This document shows, one piece after another, positions 10,380 through 19,637 of a stretch of 64,000 nt of DNA. The position numbers were made by a program, and so were the translations under genes. How positions within the stretch are numbered: the first letter of the stretch is position 1; every line of letters begins with the position of its first letter. The notes beneath the pieces were generated by a model, which did not search any database, was not told the origin of the DNA, and saw nothing but the letters and a program-made list of their open reading frames with translations. The stretch is from an uncultured Rhodospirillales bacterium (lineage in GTDB: Bacteria; Pseudomonadota; Alphaproteobacteria; UBA9219; RGZA01), in assembly GCA_964568585.1 (NCBI GenBank), contig CAZMQI010000001.1:103900-167899 (forward strand), in the 5' to 3' direction.

Positions 10380-10408
10380 TTGACAAAAAACGTGTTTCTA
10401 ATGAAAAT
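10380..10408 (+). promoter_or_regulatory. Putative sigma70 promoter of SAM-II leader 1
   Basis: TTGACA 10380-10385, 17-nt spacer, GAAAAT 10403-10408. Confidence 0.55.
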
Positions 10409-10432
10409 GATGTTGGTTCGTGAAAACGTCCC

Positions 10433-10480
10433 CGTAGGATTTGAGGGTCAGCTTGCAACTACGCTAAAAATGCTAAAGCG
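10433..10480 (+). ncRNA. SAM-II (SAM-alpha) riboswitch aptamer, copy 1
   Basis: P1 CGTAG/CTACG enclosing GATTTG...GCTTGCA, followed by AAATGCTAAAGC; matches SAM-II consensus as recalled; homologous to copy at 59977. Confidence 0.8.
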
Positions 10481-10667
10481 CTACGGCGAGGAAAGACGTG
10501 AAGTCCTCGAATAGCATGAGTTACCATGCTATGCGCTGTAGTCCCCGGTTGAGGCGGATTTCATTTGTCTGCGCCCAGCTGTACCACAAGGACTAGTCAG
10601 CGCAGCTTATGTTCACCAACATACTCTGCATCGGGTTCAAGAAGGCGCCGCAATGCGCTTGGTTTTT
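10481..10667 (+). ncRNA. Structured extension of SAM-II leader 1 (three-way junction, further stems, terminator-like hairpin)
   Basis: CTACGGCG/CGCTGTAG closing stem with inner hairpins GAGGA/TCCTC and ATAGCATG/CATGCTAT; CTGCGC/GCGCAG stem; AGGCGC/GCGCTT followed by GGTTTTT; same order of elements in copy 2. Confidence 0.6.
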
Positions 10668-10680
10668 ATGCAGGTTACGT

Positions 10681-13227
10681 ATGATGATTACTCTTCAACC
10701 ACTTACACTTCAGATAACGGGGCCACAGCCCCGCCTGCGCGCACAACTCCAAGCCGCATGGCCGCGCAAGGTACATAGCGCGCGACGTTCCCGCGCTATT
10801 AATAGCATCACCAAACACATCAAAGATGCGCTGCCCGGGGATTACAAAGGCGATGTAAGCGTGTTTTTAAGCAACGAAGTTGAAGAAGCACACATCCCAT
10901 CTCAAGGATTTATCTATCATCTCAATCAACAAAATATTTTAACGCGGCAAACCATCCACGAAGCGGATAACGCTGCGCTGCTGTATATCCATTATGAAAC
11001 AGCGTTGGCAATGGATGAACTAGATGATGATTGTGAAGAAACAGTGCCCCAATCACGCATCGAACAAATCAAGCAATGGCAAAAAGAAACGGTGAAAGCA
11101 GTATTCCAATGCATGGCGGATACCGCCCTCAGCATGGCGGCTCAAACCGCATTGCGTGGCACGATGGCAGGGCTGAACAAGCTTGGCGCATTACTTGCCA
11201 AAGCCAGCAGCGCAGCGACCAAAGGAAATCCAGTTGCTAAACAAACCACACAAAAAGCGGTAACGCGTGATATCGCCAGCACGCTATCGGATCTACGCAG
11301 CAATTTGAATGTTGCAAGCACCAACAGCGTGAAACCGCCGACCAAAGCACAGCTCGCCATCCGCCAACAATTGAACAAGCTGAATAAGATTACACCGCCA
11401 CTGCAAAAAGCTGTTACGAAGGTCGCGCAACCGGTCAAAGCTGCGCCAAACCTAAAAACTGCACCGCTTTTGAAAACGGTTTTAAAAACAGCAAGCACCA
11501 CAAAAACGGTGCCAATTCAAAAAACACAGATTAAAACAGCCGCCGCACCTATTAAAGCTGCACTGTTTGCCACGCTTGCAAAACCAGAAGTGAAATTAAA
11601 CCGCGACATTAAAATCGCGCCACGCGTGAGTATCATCCCCGCGCGTGTGATAACGCGAATTGCAGAACGCACAGCTGTGCCGAGCGTTGCAGTAACACCA
11701 ACACGCTTTACATCGCATATAACCAAAGTTATCACGCAAAAAACGACCCAGCAGCAGACAACGCAGCCAGGCATTGTGGTTCCTGCCCGTATTACCACGC
11801 AGATTGCACGACCCACCGCGCGGTTCCAGATTAACCGCACCGTTATTCCAACGCTGCGTATCACGCCAACCGTCATCGCAATATATATCGCGGCTAACCC
11901 TATTGGGATTACTGTGCCACCTGCACGTACTACTCAAAAAACAGCGCAGCCTGAAAAAGCAACGCAACCTGCGGCACAGGAAACCGCTATTCTTAAAACC
12001 ACTGCTCCTAAAACGATTGCTGCTAAAGCAACGAACCCAACAACCACCGCGCCATTACAAGGCAGACCACAAGCACAACTGCAACGTATCGCAAGGCAAC
12101 CCGCGCAATACTCAGCCATCGCAACGTCAATACCAACCCATCGCAACCCGCCACGCAGTTTTAGTCACATTGCGCTTGTGCCCTCCACCATTAGCCGTGT
12201 GCATATACAACCGCGCTTTGATACTAGCAGCATAGCTGCGCCTGTCAGCACACCGCAACAAACCTATACAACTGCGCCAAGCACTCCGGTTGCACCACCG
12301 CCTTCTTTTAGTGCGCCGACGATTGAACAACCAAGAAGCGAGCCGTCACACATCGCCGCGCAGCCGCCTGCACAACCACCGGTACAACAAACTGCATTAC
12401 CAACTGAAACAAAGCCAACTGAAGTGGCTGCTGCGCCGCCAACGCCAATTACCACCACTGCGCCACCAGACAAACGTGGTGACGTGACTTCTCCAGAACA
12501 CAAACAAGAACCAAAACTGCTGGACACCCAAGGAACAGCTCCTGAACCTACAAAACCTGTAGTAAAGCCTGTTGCTCCACAAAAGGTTGATGGCACGCAA
12601 AAAGAACCGCTGACCTCACCAACTAATAACCCTATCCCACCAGTTGTGCGCGTTGGCCAGCAAGAACAGCAGAAACCAGCTATTGAAGACCAACCGACTG
12701 GTGGTGCGTTACCGCTCAACAACCCTAAAAACGGGAACCCAACTACACAGGATAACAAGCCGCCAATCGCCCCTCCTGTTCCCAATGAACCACCCACGCC
12801 ATTACCACTACCGCTACCAATACAACCACCAAAACCCGATAGAATTATTGCAGAGCCGCAAGAGCCATCAAATGTGCTTCCGTTCCAGCCAGCTAATCCT
12901 GATAAAGTAGGAAGAGCTGAGCCAGAACCCTTTAAAGAAAAACAGAATGCAGAAGTTGTTAGCTTAGAAGAAAAAAGATTAGAAAAATCCAAAAGCCTTC
13001 CACGATCACGCGTCGCTGAACGTGTTGAGGATCCACACGGCCTAATAATTAAAGTTAGCGGCGGCACCGGCACATACAAAGAATTTGTCGGATACATTGA
13101 ATACAATCACATCCCATTGCTTGCCCAACCTGAAGGAAAGCCACCGTCATCACCACCTGAACGTCCTAAAGCGCAGAAATCAGGTCAAAGCAAACTAGGA
13201 AAAGTGCTGGAAGGACCTTGCGGATAA
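10681..13227 (+). CDS. Hypothetical protein with globular N-terminus and long Pro/Thr/Ala/Gln-rich low-complexity region (848 aa)
   Basis: 2.5-kb open frame; start placed after the leader hairpin (track start 10609 lies inside the RNA leader); no family recognised. Confidence 0.7.
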   Translation: MMITLQPLTLQITGPQPRLRAQLQAAWPRKVHSARRSRAINSITKHIKDALPGDYKGDVSVFLSNEVEEAHIPSQGFIYHLNQQNILTRQTIHEADNAALLYIHYETALAMDELDDDCEETVPQSRIEQIKQWQKETVKAVFQCMADTALSMAAQTALRGTMAGLNKLGALLAKASSAATKGNPVAKQTTQKAVTRDIASTLSDLRSNLNVASTNSVKPPTKAQLAIRQQLNKLNKITPPLQKAVTKVAQPVKAAPNLKTAPLLKTVLKTASTTKTVPIQKTQIKTAAAPIKAALFATLAKPEVKLNRDIKIAPRVSIIPARVITRIAERTAVPSVAVTPTRFTSHITKVITQKTTQQQTTQPGIVVPARITTQIARPTARFQINRTVIPTLRITPTVIAIYIAANPIGITVPPARTTQKTAQPEKATQPAAQETAILKTTAPKTIAAKATNPTTTAPLQGRPQAQLQRIARQPAQYSAIATSIPTHRNPPRSFSHIALVPSTISRVHIQPRFDTSSIAAPVSTPQQTYTTAPSTPVAPPPSFSAPTIEQPRSEPSHIAAQPPAQPPVQQTALPTETKPTEVAAAPPTPITTTAPPDKRGDVTSPEHKQEPKLLDTQGTAPEPTKPVVKPVAPQKVDGTQKEPLTSPTNNPIPPVVRVGQQEQQKPAIEDQPTGGALPLNNPKNGNPTTQDNKPPIAPPVPNEPPTPLPLPLPIQPPKPDRIIAEPQEPSNVLPFQPANPDKVGRAEPEPFKEKQNAEVVSLEEKRLEKSKSLPRSRVAERVEDPHGLIIKVSGGTGTYKEFVGYIEYNHIPLLAQPEGKPPSSPPERPKAQKSGQSKLGKVLEGPCG

Positions 13228-13232
13228 CCATC

Positions 13233-14507
13233 ATGGCGCAACTACACATCCTTCATTTAAATGATACTAATCGCCGTGCATTTGATGCATTAACGCGCCC
13301 AGAAATCGATATCGATGAATGTATCCGCTTAACCGAACCTGCCAGCGATACAGTGGTGGATGATTTTATCAAGGCACATAAAGAGCTTTTTCTGAAACCG
13401 CAACGCGCCATCCGAACCAATGGCGAAGTTGTAAAATTATATTCAGTTGATGATACGGTTGACATCACAACAATCCGGCATGCACAAGACGGTTCAGCGG
13501 AACACGCGGCCTATGTAAAAAAAGCACGAACAGTTATCAGTGCAGATATCAAAGGCAATGAATTAATCTTGGGAACGGATCCCATACACGAACTTGGTGT
13601 GTTATTTCGTTCTGATGATGGCAAGCCATGGTCAATCGCAACCACGCGCACTATCCCGAAAATCGATTACATCAAAGATCTGCTTAATCACCCGCAAATT
13701 GAAGGGCTGGATACACTACTTGGCATGCATACTTATGAAAAAAATGGCCAGCAGACAAAAGTATTAATCCGTTACTACAACTTTAAACCACCTGTTGGCG
13801 TTCAAGCTTTGCCAATGTTCATTCGTCATGTTGATGGCCGTGTAGAAACTCTTTATACGCCGGAAGATTTTTTTCGCGATAAATTTCTTCCTGAAGACAG
13901 GCTCACACAACATCTTGAGGGCCTATATGGCAATCAAATCGAACGAAAATTATTAATGCTCAGCGATTTAGCAGAATGTGAGCCATTGGTAGAAGAGAAG
14001 CGTCATTTCGTTATCTATAAAACCAAACGAACCGCATATGATAACAAGAACATTTCAGGATTGTTCTTACAAACCGATGCTAATGACAGCCCAGTCATTG
14101 CACGGGATGATGCAACAGCACTTGATAAATTATTCAAATGGATTGATACACAGCCCGCAGCCACTCATATTCCATATGTAGAGGCATGGACCGAGCAAGG
14201 ATTTAAGACAACTAAAACAAATGCAGGCGTCAAGGTTGAATTCAGCGATAGCAGTTATCTGATAGATACTGGAACCAAACTATCCCTTCACGGCGATGCG
14301 AAGGAAGATTATCTGCGCGTCATGTTGCAGCATGCCAAAGAAAACTGGGGTGGCGCATTCAAAATCGAAAGCGGCACAGATGCAGAAATACAATTACTGG
14401 AAAGACTTGCCGTTGAAATGAAGGTTACGCTCATCAAGCCTCTTGGCTCGCCATCAAGGCCAACGCACCGCAGCACGCGCGCAGCCGCGCCACGCGCAGC
14501 CGCATAA
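13233..14507 (+). CDS. Hypothetical protein with possible C-terminal LPD7-like domain
   Basis: ATG 5 nt after upstream stop; C-terminal VMLQHAKENWGGAFKIESGTDAEIQLLERLAVEMKV resembles LPD7. Confidence 0.65.
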   Translation: MAQLHILHLNDTNRRAFDALTRPEIDIDECIRLTEPASDTVVDDFIKAHKELFLKPQRAIRTNGEVVKLYSVDDTVDITTIRHAQDGSAEHAAYVKKARTVISADIKGNELILGTDPIHELGVLFRSDDGKPWSIATTRTIPKIDYIKDLLNHPQIEGLDTLLGMHTYEKNGQQTKVLIRYYNFKPPVGVQALPMFIRHVDGRVETLYTPEDFFRDKFLPEDRLTQHLEGLYGNQIERKLLMLSDLAECEPLVEEKRHFVIYKTKRTAYDNKNISGLFLQTDANDSPVIARDDATALDKLFKWIDTQPAATHIPYVEAWTEQGFKTTKTNAGVKVEFSDSSYLIDTGTKLSLHGDAKEDYLRVMLQHAKENWGGAFKIESGTDAEIQLLERLAVEMKVTLIKPLGSPSRPTHRSTRAAAPRAAA

Positions 14508-14509
14508 CA

Positions 14510-16354
14510 CTACATACTGCCCATCAGTTTTTCGAGGGTTGCTTCATGTGCGGCAATATCGTCTTCCAGCTTGCTGTGTGCTTGGGTCAGACGTTTTAAT
14601 TCCGCCGCATGTTCGGGCTTGGCAAAGAAATCTGCCATTTCGCCTTCCAAATCCTGTTTTCGCTTTTGCAATTCTGCGATTTTCTTCATTTCTTCTTCGG
14701 CTTTTTGCTCGGCATCCGAAACCGCTGCAATCGCCTCATTATCATTCTTTGGTTTGCGTGCATCCTGCTTTAATTTATCGCGCTCCATTTTGCGCTGGCG
14801 GATGACCTGTTTGGAATAAGCATCCAAATCATCATCGAATGCGGTTACTTTACCATCTGCTACCAGCCATAGCTGGTCGGCCACGTTCTTCACCAAATGT
14901 GCGTCATGGCTTACTAAAATAACAGCGCCTTCATAATTATTGATTGCCTGCTGCAGAGCTTGGCGTGCATCAATATCCAAATGGTTGGTCGGTTCATCGA
15001 GCAACATGATGTGTGGCGCATCAAAACTCATCAGGCAGAACAGCAAGCGTGCTTTCTCACCACCTGATAATCCGCCGACTTTCGTATCGGCCTTGTGTCT
15101 ATCGAAGCCAAAGCGCGCAAGCATGGAACGCACCTGCACCTCCGTCTTGTCCTTCATTGCCATGGCCATCGTTTCAACAGGCGTAACGGTGACATCTAAT
15201 TCATCAGTCTGGAACTGCGCGAAATAGCCGATTTTTAGCTTACCCGACTTATGCAATTCACCCTGCAATGGCGATAAGCGTTCCGAAAGGATTTTGACCA
15301 GGGTCGATTTACCGTTGCCGTTCGCGCCCAGCAAGGCGATGCGGTCTTCCATATCAATACGCAAATCCAGCTTTTTAAGAATGGGTTTGCCGGGAGCATA
15401 GCCAGCATCCACTTGTTCCAACCGGATGATGGGTGATTTAAGCGGTTTGGGTTCGGGGAATGTGAAGGCGGTCACGCGGTCTGCAATCACGGCATCCACA
15501 ATGTCCATCTTCTCGATCGCTTTTAATCGGCTTTGCGCCTGACGTGCTTTGCTTGCCTTCGCGCGGAAACGTTCGACAAACTTCATCATCTGATCTTTTT
15601 GTGCGGTCTGCTTTTCATGCATCGCTTGCTGGTTCATCATGCGCTCGGCTCGGCGGCGCTCGAAACTGTCATAATTGCCGGTATAAGCGTGCAACGTCTT
15701 GTTTTCCAAATGCAGGATATGCGTGACCGTTTTATTCAGAATATCGCGATCGTGGCTGATGATGATCAGCGTTTGCTGATACCGCATCAGGAAGTTTTCG
15801 AGCCATACCATGGATTCAAAATCCAAATGGTTGGTCGGTTCATCGAGCATCAAGACATTCGGTTGGCAGAATAATACAGCCGCCAATGCGACGCGGGCAC
15901 GCCAACCGCCAGAGAATGAGGAGATGGGATTTTGCTGGGCTTCATCACTGAACCCCAACCCTGCCAAAATGGTTGCGGCCCGCGACGGGGCATCATAGGC
16001 GCTGATGTCATTCAAGCGGTCAAAGATGTATGAAATGCGTTCCGGGTCTTCGCAGGTTTCGGATTCCTTCATCAACGCCGCGCGTTCGGTGTCCGCATTA
16101 AGTACGACATCCAAAATTGACGTGCCATCGTCCGGAATATCCTGGCGCACCCAACCAACACTGGTGCCTTTGATAAACGAAATTTCGCCGCCATCAGGTT
16201 GTAATTCACCGGCGATGAGTTTGAACAGGGTGGATTTACCGGCACCATTCGGCCCGACCAAGCCAACGCGATGCCCTGCCGGTATATTTACCGAGACATT
16301 TTCTAAAAGTGCGCGTCCGCCAATGCGGTAGGTCAAGTCGTGTATTGAAAGCAT
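14510..16354 (-). CDS. ABC-F family ATPase (YheS-like ribosome-associated factor)
   Basis: Two ABC cassettes (GPNGAGKST, GANGNGKST; FSGGW, LSGGEK; DEPTNHLD twice); no TM segments. Confidence 0.93.
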   Translation of the reverse strand: MLSIHDLTYRIGGRALLENVSVNIPAGHRVGLVGPNGAGKSTLFKLIAGELQPDGGEISFIKGTSVGWVRQDIPDDGTSILDVVLNADTERAALMKESETCEDPERISYIFDRLNDISAYDAPSRAATILAGLGFSDEAQQNPISSFSGGWRARVALAAVLFCQPNVLMLDEPTNHLDFESMVWLENFLMRYQQTLIIISHDRDILNKTVTHILHLENKTLHAYTGNYDSFERRRAERMMNQQAMHEKQTAQKDQMMKFVERFRAKASKARQAQSRLKAIEKMDIVDAVIADRVTAFTFPEPKPLKSPIIRLEQVDAGYAPGKPILKKLDLRIDMEDRIALLGANGNGKSTLVKILSERLSPLQGELHKSGKLKIGYFAQFQTDELDVTVTPVETMAMAMKDKTEVQVRSMLARFGFDRHKADTKVGGLSGGEKARLLFCLMSFDAPHIMLLDEPTNHLDIDARQALQQAINNYEGAVILVSHDAHLVKNVADQLWLVADGKVTAFDDDLDAYSKQVIRQRKMERDKLKQDARKPKNDNEAIAAVSDAEQKAEEEMKKIAELQKRKQDLEGEMADFFAKPEHAAELKRLTQAHSKLEDDIAAHEATLEKLMGSM

Positions 16355-16426
16355 GCCGCTTTTTACAGGGCTTTTTGGAAAGTGCAACAGCTTTGATGCT
16401 GATTTATGGCAAAAATAGGCGCTGCT

Positions 16427-18298
16427 CTACTTCTCGACCTGTTTCATCGCCAAAATGCGGTCTACACGGAACAGCCGCGGCTCGTCACGCTTGGTGCAAT
16501 GGGCGCGCATGCCTTGGTAAGACTGGCCTTGATAACGCGCCTCCCCCACCGTTGATGGAATCACGATGCGCGTTGTTTGTGCATCATTCGCCTTTAGATA
16601 GGTGATTTCGATGCGGCCTTTTTCGCTAATCACTTTGCGAATGAATGCGACCTTCTGCGCCACGCCATCATCCAAGGTTGGCTGCTGTAATGCTCTGCCA
16701 TTAAAGAAATCGGAAATACGTTCGTCGGTGCGGATATTATGCGTGCGGATTTGCGTTTTTAAAATGATGCCTTCAAACGAAGTACAGCGGCTGAGTGCGA
16801 CATACATCTGCCCTGCTGCGAACGTACCCGTCCCAATATCAATCACCACATGGTCGAATGTCTTGCCTTGGCTTTTATGAATGGTAATTGCCCATGCCAA
16901 ACGGAACGGGTATTGCGTGAAGATACCAACGGGAACGGACACCAAGGCACCATCTTCAAGGCCTGTGCGATAGACTTCCCAGCTATGGCGGCGCACATCG
17001 ACCACTTTTCTGGTATCCGCCAAACGCACCAATAGGTATTCATCACCTTCGGCATCATGCTTCACGGCTTCAATAATGCCGATGCTGCCATTGACCCAGC
17101 GGCGCTCGCTATCATTATTCAGCATCATGATTTGTGCGCCAGTTTTATAGGTCAAATCAGGCGCAGTTGGAAAATATTCCTTACCGAATTCACCTTCGGT
17201 ATCTGCTTTGCTTTTATGAATACGCCCCGACAGCGCTTGCAGATGGGCATTGTTGATTTCATCAGCCTTTGCGTTGGTGGTGGTAAGGGTGATAAACCGC
17301 CCCTCCTTCGCATCTGGTTCCTTTTTGCCAAAGCGGGAGTTGAGATGCTTGATATCCACATCCTTCACCGAATTATTGCGGATTTTATTCAACAAATCGA
17401 CAAAGGCTTGATCCTTCTGGCGGTATACTTTTTGCAATTCGATGATTTCAGGCGGAGATTCCTGCAACGCATGCGCGCTGAAAAAATACGGCGTTGTGTA
17501 ATGCGTTTCGAAAATCGGCATTTCTTCGCGGCTTACCACCGGCGGCAACTGATACAAATCGCCGATGAAAATCATCTGCACACCACCGAACGGCATGCCT
17601 TCATGCGGTCCATACAGCTTTAAAAACTCATCCATACAATCCAGCATATCGGCGCGCAGCATCGATACTTCATCGACGATGATGGTTTTTAATTTTTTAT
17701 AAATCTTGCTGTCGCGCGGCTTGGTTTTACGTGCACGAATACTTTGCGGCGTGACATCCACATAGAAATTAAAAAAACTGTGGATTGTCTGGCCTTTTAC
17801 ATTTAACGCAGCAACGCCAGTTGGCGCAAGTACCACGGGCTTTTTATCAGTCACCGCGCAAAAATACGAAAGCAGCGTCGACTTACCAGTCCCCGCCTTT
17901 CCTGTGATGAACAGGTTTTTATCGGTATCTTCCATCACCGATAAGGCTTCTTCGAAGCGGGCATTCAGTTCGGGTGAAAACGATACGTCACTGCCTGTTG
18001 ATACAGTGGCCTTGACGCGCGTCAATGCCTTGGTCTCGCTTTTTGATTTGCGTTTTGCAGCGGCAGAGCTTGGCATGAATTCCGGCGCAGGTGAAATTTT
18101 CCTGCCATCTTCGTCCAAAAGCCCCAGTATTCTTAAATGTGCCGCAATTGCGCCCGCAGTGCGCCCATGATGTTTTGCAATGGCATTTATCGATGGTTTA
18201 TGAATGAACGCGTCGTATAAACGGCGTTCCTCATCCACGCTCCATGCCGATCCCTTTCTTGCGATATCTGGGCGTTCATTATCAGGGTTTTTCAACAT
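16427..18298 (-). CDS. PIF1-like SF1B helicase with N-terminal HTH and C-terminal WYL domain
   Basis: GKAGTGKS, APTGVAA, DEVSM, GDLYQLPPV, AITIHKSQG, YVALSR; N-term WSVDEERRL...HGRTAGAI; C-term ITY...TTRIVIP...RLFRVDRI. Confidence 0.85.
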   Translation of the reverse strand: MLKNPDNERPDIARKGSAWSVDEERRLYDAFIHKPSINAIAKHHGRTAGAIAAHLRILGLLDEDGRKISPAPEFMPSSAAAKRKSKSETKALTRVKATVSTGSDVSFSPELNARFEEALSVMEDTDKNLFITGKAGTGKSTLLSYFCAVTDKKPVVLAPTGVAALNVKGQTIHSFFNFYVDVTPQSIRARKTKPRDSKIYKKLKTIIVDEVSMLRADMLDCMDEFLKLYGPHEGMPFGGVQMIFIGDLYQLPPVVSREEMPIFETHYTTPYFFSAHALQESPPEIIELQKVYRQKDQAFVDLLNKIRNNSVKDVDIKHLNSRFGKKEPDAKEGRFITLTTTNAKADEINNAHLQALSGRIHKSKADTEGEFGKEYFPTAPDLTYKTGAQIMMLNNDSERRWVNGSIGIIEAVKHDAEGDEYLLVRLADTRKVVDVRRHSWEVYRTGLEDGALVSVPVGIFTQYPFRLAWAITIHKSQGKTFDHVVIDIGTGTFAAGQMYVALSRCTSFEGIILKTQIRTHNIRTDERISDFFNGRALQQPTLDDGVAQKVAFIRKVISEKGRIEITYLKANDAQTTRIVIPSTVGEARYQGQSYQGMRAHCTKRDEPRLFRVDRILAMKQVEK

Positions 18299-18355
18299 AA
18301 CTTCTTTCTTAAAGCGTTGTTTACGCCAATACAAATTATTTGCTAAAACTATGCC

Positions 18356-19627
18356 ATGCCACTAAGTTTCGAAACATCTCCAGACAACATTGCCAATGGG
18401 CGCATGCGCCGTAAAACGCTGATTAGAATGCGTTGGCTGGCGATTTGCGGGCAAATCGGCGCATTGGTGCTGGCGTACTTTGTATTTGATGTGAAGATGG
18501 ACTTGCTGGCACCATGCCTTGTCATTCTTACCTCCATCATTTTCAACTGCATCGCAATCACGCGCGTGCGCGGTAAACCCTATTTACATAATAAGGGCGC
18601 AACCTTCGCACTGGGCTTTGATACCATACAGCTATCGGCCCTGTTATTTGTCACAGGCGGGTTTACAAATCCATTCATTGTGTTGATGCTTGCGCCCATC
18701 ACCATCGCGGCCACCGTCTTATCAGGGCGCAGTGTATTCACTTTATTAATCATCTCATTGCTTTCTTATTGCGCGATGCACTTTGCATTGCCCTTGCCTT
18801 GGCCGCAGCCGCAACAATTCTCTTTCCTATATCTTGGCGGGTGCGCTGTAGCCGTCTTTATATCCGGGGCCTTCTTGGTATTATATGTTCGTAGGGTTGC
18901 ACGTGAAGCCCGTCGTCTATCTGAAGCATTGAATGCAAGCCGTTTGGCACTTGAATACGAACAAAAAATATCAGCCTTTGGTGCATTGGCAGCAGCCGTA
19001 GCGCATGAATTAGGCAGCCCATTGAGTACTATCGCTATCGTAAGCAGCGAACTGGCGCATGGGCTGAAGGCGACACCGTTTAGTGAAGATATTGAATTGC
19101 TGCAAAGCCAGACTAATCGATGCAGTGCTATTCTATCCGACTTCTCAAAGCATAATGTTCTATCTGACCGTTCATTCGATACATTACCGTTGCGGAATTT
19201 TGTATTGCATGTATTGCAACCATACAGGCGTGATACAATCTCAATCGAAATCATCGCCGATGGCAAAGGCAATGAACCCGAATGGCCATTAAACCCCGGG
19301 CTAATGCATGGCGTCGGCAATATTCTTCACAACGCTTGTCAGTTCGCAAAAACCTTAGTTCGCATCACCATTCACTGGAACGACAATGCAGTGACCATGA
19401 GAATTGAGGATGATGGAAAAGGTTTTCCAGATGGAATCTTACCGCGCCTTGGCAACGCGTATGTCAGCGAACGGCGGGATGGCACCCATGGCATGGGCCT
19501 CGGCCTATTTATCGCCAAAACCCTGTTAGAACGCAGTGGCGCCACAGTACAGTTTGCTAATGCGGCACCGGATAGTGACATGGGCGGCGCAAAAATAACC
19601 CTTTCATGGGGATTTATCCCGAACTAA
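18356..19627 (+). CDS. regB: RegB/PrrB/ActS redox-sensing histidine kinase
   Basis: TLIRMRWLAI, GGFTNPF quinone motif, AHELGSPL H-box, redox Cys in NRCSAIL, GMGLGLFI. Confidence 0.92.
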   Translation: MPLSFETSPDNIANGRMRRKTLIRMRWLAICGQIGALVLAYFVFDVKMDLLAPCLVILTSIIFNCIAITRVRGKPYLHNKGATFALGFDTIQLSALLFVTGGFTNPFIVLMLAPITIAATVLSGRSVFTLLIISLLSYCAMHFALPLPWPQPQQFSFLYLGGCAVAVFISGAFLVLYVRRVAREARRLSEALNASRLALEYEQKISAFGALAAAVAHELGSPLSTIAIVSSELAHGLKATPFSEDIELLQSQTNRCSAILSDFSKHNVLSDRSFDTLPLRNFVLHVLQPYRRDTISIEIIADGKGNEPEWPLNPGLMHGVGNILHNACQFAKTLVRITIHWNDNAVTMRIEDDGKGFPDGILPRLGNAYVSERRDGTHGMGLGLFIAKTLLERSGATVQFANAAPDSDMGGAKITLSWGFIPN

Positions 19628-19637
19628 TCTGCACATC

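Noticed and set aside
10552-10570. tRNA-Sec-like anticodon loop (UUUCAUU)
   Set aside because: No cloverleaf, T-loop or acceptor stem, and the hairpin is weak and G-U rich.
10498-10611. TAG readthrough joining the leader uORF to the large in-frame ORF
   Set aside because: The in-frame arrangement has a one-in-three chance and is not conserved in copy 2.
12264-13106. 280-aa Gly-rich minus-strand ORF
   Set aside because: Mirror of the Pro-rich plus-strand gene (CCN codons read as GGN/NGG).
10681-18298. Integrated mobile element around the LPD7-like and helicase genes
   Set aside because: No integrase, transposase, relaxase, tRNA or flanking direct repeats were seen, and a housekeeping ABC-F gene lies in the middle.
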